Assembly: GCA_963664405.1 (NCBI GenBank)
Contig: OY761158.1
Span: 3,904,001-3,968,000, forward strand
DNA length: 64,000 nucleotides
Direction of reading: 5' to 3'
From: Thermoanaerobaculia bacterium
Lineage (GTDB): Bacteria > Acidobacteriota > Thermoanaerobaculia > Multivoradales > Multivoraceae
Part shown: in pieces, positions 1 through 11,491 of the stretch
How the letters are laid out: every line of letters starts with the position of its first letter
Numbering within the stretch: the stretch's first letter is position 1
Notes under the pieces: model-generated
Seen by the model: the letters and a program-made list of their open reading frames with translations, nothing else
Told to the model about the DNA's origin: nothing
Databases searched by the model: none
Position numbers and translations under genes: made by a program

Positions 1-919
1 CTTTTTTCCGCAGCTCGTCGCCGGACCCATCGTGCGCGCCGCTGCCTTTCTTCCCCAGCTTCGTCGGCCCGCGATGCTGAGCCGGGTCCACTTCCGGCCG
101 CTTCTCGGACTCTTCCTGGTCGGCTTCATCAAGAAGGCGTGCATCTCCGACAACGTGGCGACGGCGGTCGACCCGTACTTCGCCGATCCGGCGCAATTCA
201 CCGCCGCCGCGGCATGGCTCGCGATCCTTCTCTACGCCGTTCAGATTTACTGTGACTTCTCCGGCTACTCCGATATGGCGATCGCCTGTGCCGGCCTTCT
301 AGGTTTCGAGTTGGGCCTCAACTTCGATGCCCCCTATCTCGCCCGGAACCTCCGCCAGTTCTGGCGCAGGTGGCACATCAGCCTCTCGAGCTGGCTGCGC
401 GACTACCTCTACATACCGCTCGGCGGGAGCCGGGGTAGCGGTTTGTTCACCGCGCGCAACATCTTGCTGACCATGGCTCTGGGAGGGCTGTGGCATGGCG
501 CCGCGTGGCGCTTCATCGTCTGGGGCCTAATTCACGGAGGCGGGCTCCTCGTCCACCGCCAGTTGTTCGGTACTCGCGACGGGGAGTCGAGCGGAGTCGT
601 ACGCTGGGCGTCCACGGCCCTCACCTTTTACTGGACTTGCCTGGCCTGGATCTTCTTCCGGGCTCCAAGCATGAGCGATGCATTGCAGATTTGCCGCTCC
701 TACTTATTCTTCGACAGCCCGGGCTCGACGACGATCGATCCGGCATGGTGGCTGCTCCTCGCCGCCCTGGCGGTCGCTCAGATCGTCGCCCGCAGGATCC
801 CGCGCTGGTACGCGACAGTACCCGCCTGGAGCTTCAGCCTCGGCTATGGCGCGACCGTCGCCACAGCACTGCTCTTCGTGCGCTTCGAAGCACAGCCTTT
901 CATCTACTTCCAGTTCTAG
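1..919 (+). CDS. MBOAT family O-acyltransferase (AlgI/DltB-like), 5'-truncated by window edge
   Basis: FFPQLVAGPI at window start; YCDFSGYSD, FWRRWHISLSSWLRDYLYIPLGG, GLWHGA and terminal FIYFQF motifs. Confidence 0.9.
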   Translation, partial: FFPQLVAGPIVRAAAFLPQLRRPAMLSRVHFRPLLGLFLVGFIKKACISDNVATAVDPYFADPAQFTAAAAWLAILLYAVQIYCDFSGYSDMAIACAGLLGFELGLNFDAPYLARNLRQFWRRWHISLSSWLRDYLYIPLGGSRGSGLFTARNILLTMALGGLWHGAAWRFIVWGLIHGGGLLVHRQLFGTRDGESSGVVRWASTALTFYWTCLAWIFFRAPSMSDALQICRSYLFFDSPGSTTIDPAWWLLLAALAVAQIVARRIPRWYATVPAWSFSLGYGATVATALLFVRFEAQPFIYFQF

Positions 920-953
920 CGGCGCCGACAACAGTGCGACTGTGGTCGCCGAT

Positions 954-1589
954 TCAGAACTCCTTCCAGTTCTTCACCGCCACGCACTGGGGAATTTCCG
1001 CCACCGGCACCACGCCGCCGGCTGCCGTGTTCACCGCGACGCGGAAGCCGAAGCTGCCGAAGCGGCAGGTGGATGGGTAGAGACCCTTCAAGCTGCTCCG
1101 GATGTTCTGCATCTCGGGGGTGTCGAAGGGGTCCACTCCGCTGGTGGTGGACCTCGTCTTCCCGGGGCAGGGACTGTCGTCATGACCCCAGCTGTAGTTG
1201 TCTGGATGGTTGCCGTCCGGCCCGGCGCGGCCGCAGGTTTCCGGGTCGATCTCCGGATCGACGTCGAACTCGAAGCCATACAAGCCGTCGAGCTTGCCGC
1301 CATCGAGGCCGTAGATCTGGAGCAGGAGGTATATCCAGGTCTCGTCCTGCCCGGCCATGGCGTAGACGACGTCGAGATCGGGCCTGAAGACGGACCCCGC
1401 CTGAAAGGGTCGCTCCCAGAAGTCGTTGAGCCAGTCATCGCAATATATCCCGGCTATCGCGGTGCCGTCGGCGAGCTTCTCGTCGACGATGTCGGGCTGG
1501 TCGCACATGCCGTCGGGCAGCTCCGGGCAGCTTTGGCTAGAGGAGTAATGGTCGCCGGTGACGCAGTCGTAGCGGATCTGGGTGATCTC
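954..1589 (-). pseudogene. Cys/Asp-rich hypothetical protein, probably a 5'-truncated fragment
   Basis: Frame stays open 27 codons upstream of ATG 1508 (EITQIRYDCVTGD...) up to a TAG inside CTAG at 1590-1593; no start or RBS. Confidence 0.35.
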
Positions 1590-1660
1590 CTAGGCGGCCG
1601 GCGTGCACTTCGGGGGCCGAGCGGTCTTGTACACTGCCGTAACCATCGGAGGAACCAGGC

Positions 1661-2722
1661 TTGAAACAATTCACCAAATCACTGGCGACGATCGCTCTTC
1701 TGGTTGTCGCCAACCCTGGCTTCGCAGCCGAGGACGACGCTATTCGGCGCACCGCAAGCGGGCGCCCCGACTTGACGGGCAACTACGACGCCGCCACGTT
1801 GACGCCGCTCTCGCGTCCGGAGAAGTATGGCGACAACCTCTATTTGAGCCGCGAGGAAGCCGCGAAGATCGAGGCGGAGGAGGCCTCGGTGATCGAGTCA
1901 CGATCCCTGGCCAGCGATCCGAATCGCGAGCCGCCGCCGGAGGGTGGCGACGGATCTTCGGGAGGCGCCGGCAACGTCGGTGGTTACAACACTTTCTGGA
2001 TCGACCGGGGGAGCGATGCCTTCGCGGTGGAGGGAAAGTTTCGTACTTCGATCCTCGTCGATCCGCCCAACGGGCGCATTCCTCCAAAGACCGAGGCGGC
2101 GGCCAAACGCGCGCAAGAGCGCCCGAGACGTCGCGCCAACGATGGCACTCCTTGGTGGCTCGAAAATGACGGCCCCGGTCCCTACGACGGTCCTGAGTCT
2201 CTAGGCATCCCCGAGCGTTGCATCGTGGGATTCACCGGCGCGACGCCAACATTCCCCAGCCTCTACAACAATTACAAGAGCATCGTGCAGACCGAGGATT
2301 CGGTGATGATCCTGATCGAGATGGTGCACGATGCTCGCGTCGTGCGGATGAACTCCGAGCACCCGCCGGCCGAGATCAGGAAGTGGCTTGGCGATTCGAT
2401 CGGCTGGTGGGAAGGCGACACCCTGGTTGTCGACACCACCAACCTCCATCCCAAGGCCGTTCTCCGTGGCGGCTCCGAGAACATGCACGTCGTCGAGCAC
2501 TTCACCAAGCTCGCGGACGGCAATGTGCTCTACCGTTTCACCCTGGAGGACGACACAGTGTGGACCGCGCCCTGGACCGGCGAGTACATATGGCGCGCGA
2601 GCGAGAACAAGGTGTACGAGTACGCTTGCCACGAGGGCAACTACTCGATGGGGAACATTCTGCGCGGGGCCCGATTGCTCGAAGCCGAGACGCTGGGAAA
2701 GGTCGGCTCGACCGGCGAGTGA
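1661..2722 (+). CDS. Exported conserved hypothetical protein (GRPDLxGxY...YEYACHEGNY family)
   Basis: GGAGG RBS, signal peptide, GDSIGWWEGDTLVVDTTN and YEYACHEGNY motifs; paralogues at ~53880-54959 and ~61300-61457. Confidence 0.8.
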   Translation: MKQFTKSLATIALLVVANPGFAAEDDAIRRTASGRPDLTGNYDAATLTPLSRPEKYGDNLYLSREEAAKIEAEEASVIESRSLASDPNREPPPEGGDGSSGGAGNVGGYNTFWIDRGSDAFAVEGKFRTSILVDPPNGRIPPKTEAAAKRAQERPRRRANDGTPWWLENDGPGPYDGPESLGIPERCIVGFTGATPTFPSLYNNYKSIVQTEDSVMILIEMVHDARVVRMNSEHPPAEIRKWLGDSIGWWEGDTLVVDTTNLHPKAVLRGGSENMHVVEHFTKLADGNVLYRFTLEDDTVWTAPWTGEYIWRASENKVYEYACHEGNYSMGNILRGARLLEAETLGKVGSTGE

Positions 2723-2890
2723 GAGATCGCCTCAGACTTCGACTTCGTCCGCTCGCGATAGCTAGGGAGCGTGTCCGAGTATTCGTCCTGAGCCGTTTCT
2801 CGGAGCGAATAGGAAGCAACGCCTGAGTGCGCCGTCCTCGGCGCCAAAAGACAACTAGGCGGAGGAAATGATAGCCATCATTTCTGGAGC

Positions 2891-3664
2891 CTAGCTCAAG
2901 AGCTTCTCGCGACGTTCCATCCGACGAAGCGCCAGAAACAAGAGCATCGCGCCTCCGCTGAGGACCGACAGCCGGTTGATCAGGATCTTTTCCAGCCACA
3001 GCGGATCGTCGCTCGTCGAGGCGATCTCGAAGGGTTTTAGAAAGAGGTCGTAGCTCGTGCCCTGTAGCGTTCCGTAGGTGATCATGACGAGGATCACGAA
3101 CCCCAATGCCAGCATGCCGGCGGCGTTGGCGCTGCGGGTGAGCACAGAGAAGAAGAAGGTCAGACTGGCGACCAGAAACGCAGGCACGAAGGCGTTGAGA
3201 CCGCCCCAGACGAACGGAAACTCGGCGAAGAAAAAGTACGAGATTGTGCTCATGGTCATGAGTGTGACGAAGAGAACCGCAACAACCGCTAGCAGCCGCA
3301 CCGACCACACCAGATAGTGCGAGCTCGCGGTGCTGAAGAGCACTTCGAGGGTGTTCGAATCACGCTCTTTCGGGACCAGATCCATGACCAGGTAGATGCC
3401 GAGAATCGTTCCAGGCAGCTCGACCAGAATGAAGAGCGCTTGCTCGACACCGAAGCCGGAGCCCGGCTGGTAGACCGCGAACGCGTAGAGAATGGCGTAG
3501 TAGGTGACGATCCCGGCGGCCATGAAGAGCAGCTTGCGCCGAAATACGACCCGGCCGGAGAGGCGAAACAGCGCCGCCAGGCTTCCCAGTAGCTGTCCCC
3601 AGCTCAGCTGCGCGGTCGGCGCTTCGGCGTCGCGCAGGCCTGTAGCCGGTTCGAGTCTGCTCAT
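2891..3664 (-). CDS. ABC-2 type membrane permease
   Basis: ~6 hydrophobic segments, KERDSNTLEVLFS loop; overlaps the upstream ATPase-containing gene by 4 bp. Confidence 0.75.
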   Translation of the reverse strand: MSRLEPATGLRDAEAPTAQLSWGQLLGSLAALFRLSGRVVFRRKLLFMAAGIVTYYAILYAFAVYQPGSGFGVEQALFILVELPGTILGIYLVMDLVPKERDSNTLEVLFSTASSHYLVWSVRLLAVVAVLFVTLMTMSTISYFFFAEFPFVWGGLNAFVPAFLVASLTFFFSVLTRSANAAGMLALGFVILVMITYGTLQGTSYDLFLKPFEIASTSDDPLWLEKILINRLSVLSGGAMLLFLALRRMERREKLLS

Positions 3665-6600
3665 GCCGCCCTCCGGTGCTCGCCGAGGAGATAGATGTAG
3701 GCATCTTCGAGGGTCGGCTCGACGTCGACCGCTGTGAAGTCTGGTGGTGACTCGGTTACCAGAAATCTGACCCGGATGCCGGCGGGTGTCCTCAGGTGGG
3801 TGATGATGTCGAGGTCAGCCTCGACCTGATGGAAGACTTCGTCGTCCAGCACCGCTTCCCACACCTTCCCCTGTGCCTGCACCCGCATCGCGTCGGGAGA
3901 TCCGGTGTAGATGCAGCGCCCACTGTTGATGACCGCGAGTCGGTTGCAGCTGCCGGCGATGTTCTCGACGATGTGGGTGGAGAAGATCACGATGCGGTCT
4001 TTGCTCAGACGGGCCAGGAGGTTGCGGAAGCGAATTCTCTCGACCGGGTCCAGGCCCGCCGTCGGCTCGTCCACGATCATGATCTGCGGCATATGCAACA
4101 GCATCTGGGCGATCCCGATGCGCTGCTTCATGCCCCCCGAGTAGGTGCCGATCAGGTCGTCCTTGCGGTCGAGCAGGTTGACCTGCTCCAAGCAGGCCAA
4201 GACCCTCTCCTCACGCTCGGCTTTGTGTTTGAACCCCTCGAGCAGACCCCTGTATTGGAGGTAGTCGTAGCCGCTCATGTTGTCGTAGGTGCCGAAGTGC
4301 TGAGGCAGATAGCCGATCAATCCCTGTACCTGCTGGTGCCTGGCGAGGTTGACCCCGTTCACCGACACCGAGCCGAAGGTCGGCTCGAGCACCTGGCAGA
4401 GGATCCGCATCAGGGTCGTTTTGCCGGCCCCGTTAGGGCCCAGGAGACCGAACATTCCACGACCGATCTCCAGGTTGACCCCGGCCAGAGCCGTAAAGGT
4501 GGCTTTCTTGGCGCCGAGGATGGGTACGGCTGCGGCAACGCGGTAGACCGGTCCTCGCAACCAGCGCGACCTTCCACTCATTCGGTCGATGTCGACGACG
4601 CCGGATTCGACTCGACCGGCCAACCATCGAATCCATCGCAGGGCAACGAAGGTGAGCGCCGTGGCGATCGTCACCGAGGGGAGCTCGAGTCGCTGCTGGA
4701 TGTAGACCAGAAGGAGCGCCAGGAAGAAGTAGCGGATGCCGAGGGTTATGGCCTTCGGCGCCGGCGACCCCATCAGCAGGCCCAGGGAGTGGGTGAGGTG
4801 AACCAGCAACCCCCAGGTGGCTGCGGAGATGACATAGAGCCACAGTGGGTCGACGAGGTAGGTGTGAAGAAAGATCAACAACGCCAGCAACGGAGACTTC
4901 CACAGCAGGCCGTCTTTCACCGAGCGCCGATCGAGAGGGTCGATCCCGGCGTCGATCAGTTGCTTGGTGCGGCGCTCGAAGCGGCCCCATTCGAGGCGAA
5001 GGCGCCCCGGAGCGCCGTAAGTCTTGGTCAGGGTGTTCAGCGATATCGAGTCCACCGGCGGACGGTCGCGGCGGGCGAGGGCGCGAGCGTGATGGGCGCA
5101 CTCGACAGTCCAGACCGCCGTCAGAGCGAGGAGCCATATCGGCACCGCCGCGAGACAGGTCCAGAAGTAGCTTTCGTAGCGAAGCTGCACTCCAGCCATC
5201 GCGATCGCTGTGGCGCCCGTCGCCAGGCCGACTCCCAGCCATCCGAGGCTGCGGAGCCAGTGGCGGACCTGGTCGATGCCCAGGTAGGCGACCGGAACGA
5301 AGATCAGCGTCGAGACCATCGACACCGCGAGGCCACCGACGACGGTGATGGCGAAGGGCGGCCAGATCTCGAAGTCGCCGCCGAGCGCAAGAGTGAGGGG
5401 GAAGATGCCAAGCAGGGTCGTCGCCGAGGTCATCAGGATGGGCCGAACGCGGGAGCGCCCGGCAGCGAGGACGGCGCGCTCGCGGCGGAAGCCGCGCTGG
5501 CGAAGGCCGGTGACGGCGTCGATCAGAATGATCCCGTTGTTTACGGCGATGCCGATCAGCACCACGAAGCCGAGAAGAGCCATCGGACCAGCCTCGGAGG
5601 TCAGCCCGGTGCCGGTCAGAAGCAGGGCCAGGCACGAGCCGATGACGGCGGTGGGCAGGGTGCAGAAGATGACGATCGGAGAGGCGAAGGACTCGAACAA
5701 GGCGGCGAGGATCATGTAGACCAAGAGAGCGGCGATCCCCATCATCCAGTAGTAGATGGTGTCGACCTCTCCCTCGACGATCTCCGCCGTATAGCCGGGG
5801 GGTAGGACCATGTCGGCGACGAGTAGGCGAACCAGATCGCGAGCCGCGTCGACCCGCGGCTGAGAATCGAGCACTTCGCTGGTGAAGCGATAGGTCAGCA
5901 CCACCCGCCGCGACTGATTGGTGCGCAGGATGGTGTTGCGGCCTTCGTCGGTCCTCACCCTCGCCACTTCTTCAATCGGGGTGAGCTCCCCGGCCGGGTC
6001 AGGATCGGGAGCCGTCGAAGATCGTCTAGGCCGATCGTGTTGTCTTCGAGGTCCTCGATGTAGGTGACCTGGATCGGCGTCTCGGTGCCGTCCGCCTCAA
6101 GGAAGTTGCTCGCGGTCTGGGCTCCGAGTGGGTTCGCCTGGGTGATCGCAGCTAGCACAGTCTCGACCTGGAGGCGGCGGTCGAACATCGCGATCGGGTC
6201 CGGAATCACTTGAACTTCCGGACCTGCGCGGGCCAGATCGATCGAGATCGAGCCCGCATCGACCTCGCCATCGATGAGCTCGAGGCGATACTGAAGATCA
6301 TCGGCGATCATCTGCAGGGTCGCGAGATCGTTGCCGCGGATCACCAGACTCTCTGACGCGGGACCTTGGCCGAGAGTGAAGCCGCCGGTTGTACTCGCGC
6401 CTCCCCGCGATCCACCCGCAGCGCGCCCGCCCCGGCCGCCGCCACCGCCACGACCGGCCGTGGCCGCCGGATCGTAGCCGACATCGCCGCTCTCGATCGC
6501 ACTGAGGGCGTCCTCGAGGGAGTCCTGAATGGCCTCCACGGTGCCGCGCTCAGGGGCGAGAGAGCGGTCGACGAGCTTGACCTCGACGGTCCCCTGGGCT

Positions 6601-8372
6601 TCCTCGACGTTGGTGGTGAATCGCTCGATCTCGTCGACGTCGGTGACGACCGCCTCGACCTTCCGCACCAGCGCATCGGTCGCGTCGAGAGTCGCACCCT
6701 CGGGCAGTGACGCATAGATCGTGAAGCCACTCTCTTCCTCGAGAGACTGCTGCTGGAGGATCAGAAAGAAAGCTACGATCAAAGTGGCGATCAGCGCTGA
6801 GAAGACCCCCACCGCGATGCGCACCCGGTGGCGAAGACTGGCCTTGAGAAGGACGGTGTACATCTCGAGCAGGCGGCCGGTGCCGAGGGGCCTCGGGGCC
6901 GCTCCAGAGAGCGTCCTCGCTCCGGTCATCGGCACCAGTGTCAGCGCGACCAGCAGGGAGGCCAACAGGGGGAATGTGATGGCCAGCGCCAGCTCGCGGA
7001 TGATGTCCTGGAAGTCGCTTTGGATGAAGACCACCGGTAGGAACACCGCTATCGTCGTTGCGGTCGAGGCGACGATCGCCCGACTCACCTCCGCAGTGCC
7101 CTCGCGCGCCGCGTCGATCGGCGACTTGCCACGCTCGAAGTGCTTGAAGATCGACTCCATGACCACGATGCCGTTGTCGGCGAGCATCCCCATCGACAGC
7201 GCCAGGCCGCAGAGCGAGAGAACATTCAACGACAGATCGAAGGCATACATGAGGTTGAAGGTGATCAGCAGGGACGCCGGGATGGCGAGCAGCAGGATCC
7301 CGACGAAGCGCGCGCTGCGCAGGAAGAGGAAGAGCACGCCGAGTCCGAGAAAGACTCCGACGATCGCGGCCTGTCGCAGTGTTGCGAGCGCCTCGCGCAT
7401 CAAGGCGGCTTGATCGTCGGTGACCAGGAGCTCGATGCGCTCGACGGCGAGGTCGCGGTTGAGCCTCGCGATCGTCGCATGGAGCTCATCCGCCACCGAG
7501 ATCAGGTTGGCCTCGCTCTCCTTTTGAATGCGGATGTTGACCGCCTCGAGCCCGTTGACGCGGCTGAGGTCGGTTCGCTCCTGCAGCCCGTGCTTGATCT
7601 TGGCGATGTCGCCTAGGGTGAGCTGCCCGTCCCGACGTATCACCACCTCGCGGATCTCGGCGAGCGACTCGAACTGACCCGAGAGGCTGACGGGAAAACG
7701 CTGGTTGGCATCGAAGACACGCCCGATGTAGGTTCGCGGCACGTTGACCTCGTTGATCGCCCTCGTGATGTCGTTCATCGACAACGAGTGAGCGGCAAGC
7801 AGGTCGGGGTCGACGATGATCTCGATGTTGCTCTGTCGGCCGCCCAGCGGCATGGCGGCGGCGACGCCCTCAACCGCCTCCAGCTCCGGGCGGATCTTCT
7901 CTTCGGAGAAGTCGCGCAACCAGTTGAGGTCGCCCTCGCCGAGCACCTGGAGAGTCATCACCGCACTCGATGTGACCGAGGTGTCGAAACGCTGCACTGT
8001 GAGCTGGGTCCGCTCGGGCAGGTTGGGCAGTAACTGACCCATACGGCGACTGACTTGCAGCTCGGCGAACTTCATGTCGGTCGCGGGCTGGTAAGAGACC
8101 GTCACCGTGCCGGTTCCGAGCCGCGCCTGCGCGTCGATCTGCGCCACCCCCTCGAGCTTGCCGATCTCTTCCTCGACCGGCATCACCAGGTCTCTCTCGA
8201 CCTGCTCCGGCGACAGTGTCGGTTGAGATACAGAGACGAAGATCTGGGGAAAGACCACCTCGGGCATGAGCTCGACATCGAGGCGACCGAGCGACACCAC
8301 CCCCAGCATGCCCAGGGCGATGAAGAACATCGAGGTCGTTACTGGGCGGTCAACGGCGAGCTTGGAGATCAT
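3661..8372 (-). CDS. AcrB-family RND permease fused to extra TM segments and a C-terminal ABC ATPase; one frameshift at ~5996
   Basis: ORF 5955-8372 is the RND N-part. ORF 3661-5967 is the RND C-part (RVRPILMTSATT) plus Walker A GPNGAGKT, YSGGMKQR and IMIVDEPT. One extra C in ACCCGG gives continuous ..ILTPAGELTPIEEVARVRT.. Confidence 0.85.
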
Positions 8373-11300
8373 GCCGCTTCTTCTCTCCGCCGCAGCTTCT
8401 CGACCAGCTCGTAGACCACCGGTATGAAGAGCAGGCTCGTCACCGTCGAGCTGAACAAGCCGGCGATGACGGCGATGGCCATCGGCGCGCGAAGCTGGGC
8501 TCCCTCACCAAGGCTGAGCGCCATCGGTGTTAGCGCAAGCATCGTGGTGGCGCTGGTCATCAGAATCGGCCGCACTCTGTCCTGCGTGCCTCGCAGCACC
8601 GCTTCACGAATCGGCATCGAGGCGCGAAGTCGGTTGGTGTGATCGACGAGAATGATGGCGTCGTTCACCGCTATGCCCCCGAGCATGATGATGCCGATGA
8701 AGGCCATGACGCTGAGCGGCTCGCCCAGCGCCCAGAAGGCGACGACCACGCCGGCACCGGCCATTGGAACCGTGAGCATGACGGTGAAGGGATGGAGGAG
8801 CGACTCGAACAAGGACGCCATGACCATGTAGACGAGGATCACCGACAGGCCGAGTGCGAAGCCGAGGCTGGCGAAAGACTCGGCGCGCTCGCGCTCCTCG
8901 CCGCCGATCAAGACTTCATATCCGGGGGGTAGGGTCACTTGCGCGACCAACCCGTCGATCTGGGCAATCGCCTCGCTGAGCACCGCGCCCTCGACGAGAT
9001 AGCCGCTGAGACGACCCATGCGCCGCTGGCCTTCGCGAAGAATCTCGCGCGGACCGTCGACGATCTTTGGGTCGGCGATGTCGCCGAGGGTCAGCTGGGC
9101 TCCATCGGCGTCGATGCGGAGACTGCGAAGCTCCTGCAGCGTGACGTCCTCGAAGCCGACGCGAATGTCGCGCGAGCGCTGATCCTTTGAAAGCTCCCCG
9201 GCGAGCTCGCCGGACAGTCGTCGCTCGAGATCGGCGATCAAGGACTGCGGTGTGAGTCCGAAGGCGGCAATGACGTCGTCTCTGAGGTTGAGATCGACCT
9301 CGGGCTGGCCGCCTTGGAAGCTGGTGGTGACGTTGTAGATGGCCGGAAGCTCCTCCACCAGGACCGCGATCTCGTCGGTCAGCCGGCGCAGCGAGTCGAG
9401 ATCGTCACCGATGACTTCGACCTGTATCGGCGCCGCTCCGGCTCCCAGGACCCCTTGCAGGGCGGTCTCGTGGAGCTCGTAGCTGACCTCGAGGTCGGGA
9501 ATATGAGTGAGCTCTCGATCGACGGCCTCGACGAGCTGCCCGATGCTGCGGCGTCTTCCACTTGCAAGACCGACAGAGAGGTTGGCTCGATTGGGTCCGC
9601 TCGGTTCCCCGACGTTGGAGATGCGAGACGGATCGAGACCGGCGCGCGCGTAGACCGTTCTCACTTCCGCAGAGCCGATCTCCTCGATGATCGATCCGAC
9701 CCTCGCTGCAACGCGATCGGTCATCTCCAGGCGTGAGCCTTCCGGTAGCGCGAGGTCGACGTTGAACAGCCCCTGGTCCTCGCGCGGGATGAACTCGGCC
9801 TCGATCGAGCCGGCGAGCCGGTAGGTCACGGCAGCGATCGCGGCAATCAGGACGAAGACCACGAGCTTGTGGTCGAGCGCGACGGTCAGCAGGGCGAAGA
9901 ACCTGGGGCTCTCTTTGGGCTCCGGGGAGGCGGTGCGGCGACGGAGCAGGCGAGAGGTGAGCATCGGCACGACCGTCATCGCGACCAGGAGTGAGGACAC
10001 CAGCGAGAAGGCGACAGTCCATGCCTGCTCCTTGAAGAGCTCGCCGACCAGACCCTCCACATAGACGATCGGCAAGAAGACCGAGACCGTGGTCAGAGTC
10101 GAAGCGAGAATCGCGACGCCGACCTCCGACGCCCCGATGACCGACGCCTCCCGTGGATCGGCGCCGAGCTCGTAGCGGCGATAGATGTTCTCGATGACGA
10201 CGATGGCGTTGTCGACCAACATTCCCGCGCCTAGCGCCAGCCCACCGAGGGTCATGATGTTGAGGGTCAGACCTTGGAAGTACATGAGCGTGAAAGTGGC
10301 GAGAACCGAGATCGGAATCGCCAGTCCGATCACCAGGGTCACCTTGAGGCTGCGCAGGAAGAGCAGTAGAACCGCGACTGCGAGGACAGCGCCGTAGAGC
10401 GCCGCTTCCTCGACCTCCTGGACCGCTTGTTCGACGAAGCGCGCCTGGTTCTCGACCACGGTGAATTCGACACCCGGTAGGTCGAGCGCCAGCTGCTCGA
10501 GGTCCCTAAGGACAGTCTGAACGACACTGACGGTGCTGGCGTCGGCTTCCTTGTAGACCGCCAGCCCCAAACACTCGACTCCGCCAAGGCGCACGATGGT
10601 CTCGCGCTCGGCGTACTCGAGCACGACGCGCCCGACGTCGGCCACGTAGACCGGAACCCGCAGCGTCTCTTCGTCGGCCGTCTCGGTCCCGCCCGCCGCG
10701 GTACCGACGGCGTCGCCGGCGCGCTCGCCGACGATCAGGTTCTCGACCTCGGTGATGTCGCGGAGGCGCCCAAGGCCCTTGACCTGATAGGACTGGTCGT
10801 CCTGCTCGAGACGACCCCCCGACACATCCTGGTTCGCCTGCTTGATCCGCTCCACCACGGTCGCGGCGGTGAGCCCGAAGGCCTCGAGGAGATACTCGTC
10901 CAGGATGATTCGGATCTCCTTTTCGGCGTCTCCCTCGATCTCCGCCGAGGCGACACCGGTGAGTGCTTCCAGCCTCGGCTTGACCAGAGTGTCGACCGTG
11001 CCAAGAAGCTCGTCGAGGTCGGCTTCACCGGTCGAGGACACCGCAATCCTGGCGACGGGCAGAGCCTGCGGATCCTCCTGGGTCACGTCGATGGTGTCGA
11101 TATCTTCGTCGGTAGCGTAGGTGCCCGTTCGCTTTTGGACGTCGAGCAGAGCGAAGTCCATGTCGGTGTCCCAATCGAGCTCGGCTACCACGACGGTCTG
11201 GCCGGAGCGGGTCATCGAGTAGACCCGATCGACACCACTGACGGTGCTGATATCGCGCTCGAGCCGACGCGTGTAACGTTCTTCCATCTCCTGCGGCGAT

Positions 11301-11461
11301 TTGCCGGCGACCCTGAGATCGACTGTGATCACCGGCGTCTCGACATTGGGGAGCAGATCGGTGCCGAGGCCACCGAGCGAGATCCAGCCGAGCAGGAGGA
11401 TGGCAAGGGTCGCCATCGTGACGGTGACCGGGTAGCGGGTCGAGAGCTCGGGTAACGACAT
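8369..11461 (-). CDS. RND efflux permease, AcrB/AcrD/AcrF family
   Basis: 1030 aa; GMLVDNAIVVIENI, VFLPI, RVRPILMTSATT motifs. Confidence 0.92.
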   Translation of the reverse strand: MSLPELSTRYPVTVTMATLAILLLGWISLGGLGTDLLPNVETPVITVDLRVAGKSPQEMEERYTRRLERDISTVSGVDRVYSMTRSGQTVVVAELDWDTDMDFALLDVQKRTGTYATDEDIDTIDVTQEDPQALPVARIAVSSTGEADLDELLGTVDTLVKPRLEALTGVASAEIEGDAEKEIRIILDEYLLEAFGLTAATVVERIKQANQDVSGGRLEQDDQSYQVKGLGRLRDITEVENLIVGERAGDAVGTAAGGTETADEETLRVPVYVADVGRVVLEYAERETIVRLGGVECLGLAVYKEADASTVSVVQTVLRDLEQLALDLPGVEFTVVENQARFVEQAVQEVEEAALYGAVLAVAVLLLFLRSLKVTLVIGLAIPISVLATFTLMYFQGLTLNIMTLGGLALGAGMLVDNAIVVIENIYRRYELGADPREASVIGASEVGVAILASTLTTVSVFLPIVYVEGLVGELFKEQAWTVAFSLVSSLLVAMTVVPMLTSRLLRRRTASPEPKESPRFFALLTVALDHKLVVFVLIAAIAAVTYRLAGSIEAEFIPREDQGLFNVDLALPEGSRLEMTDRVAARVGSIIEEIGSAEVRTVYARAGLDPSRISNVGEPSGPNRANLSVGLASGRRRSIGQLVEAVDRELTHIPDLEVSYELHETALQGVLGAGAAPIQVEVIGDDLDSLRRLTDEIAVLVEELPAIYNVTTSFQGGQPEVDLNLRDDVIAAFGLTPQSLIADLERRLSGELAGELSKDQRSRDIRVGFEDVTLQELRSLRIDADGAQLTLGDIADPKIVDGPREILREGQRRMGRLSGYLVEGAVLSEAIAQIDGLVAQVTLPPGYEVLIGGEERERAESFASLGFALGLSVILVYMVMASLFESLLHPFTVMLTVPMAGAGVVVAFWALGEPLSVMAFIGIIMLGGIAVNDAIILVDHTNRLRASMPIREAVLRGTQDRVRPILMTSATTMLALTPMALSLGEGAQLRAPMAIAVIAGLFSSTVTSLLFIPVVYELVEKLRRREEAA

Positions 11462-11491
11462 CTCAGGTCACTCGGAAAGAGTGAAGGGTGG

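Noticed and set aside
2762-2860. Fourth CTAG-type MITE
   Set aside because: It has CTAG and a GCAACGC piece but no matching right inverted repeat; at most a remnant.
3796-5805. Long antisense or alternative-frame ORFs (e.g. 3796-5805, 37145-38407, 22755-24230, 56325-57578)
   Set aside because: Shadow ORFs of GC-rich genes with no recognisable motifs.
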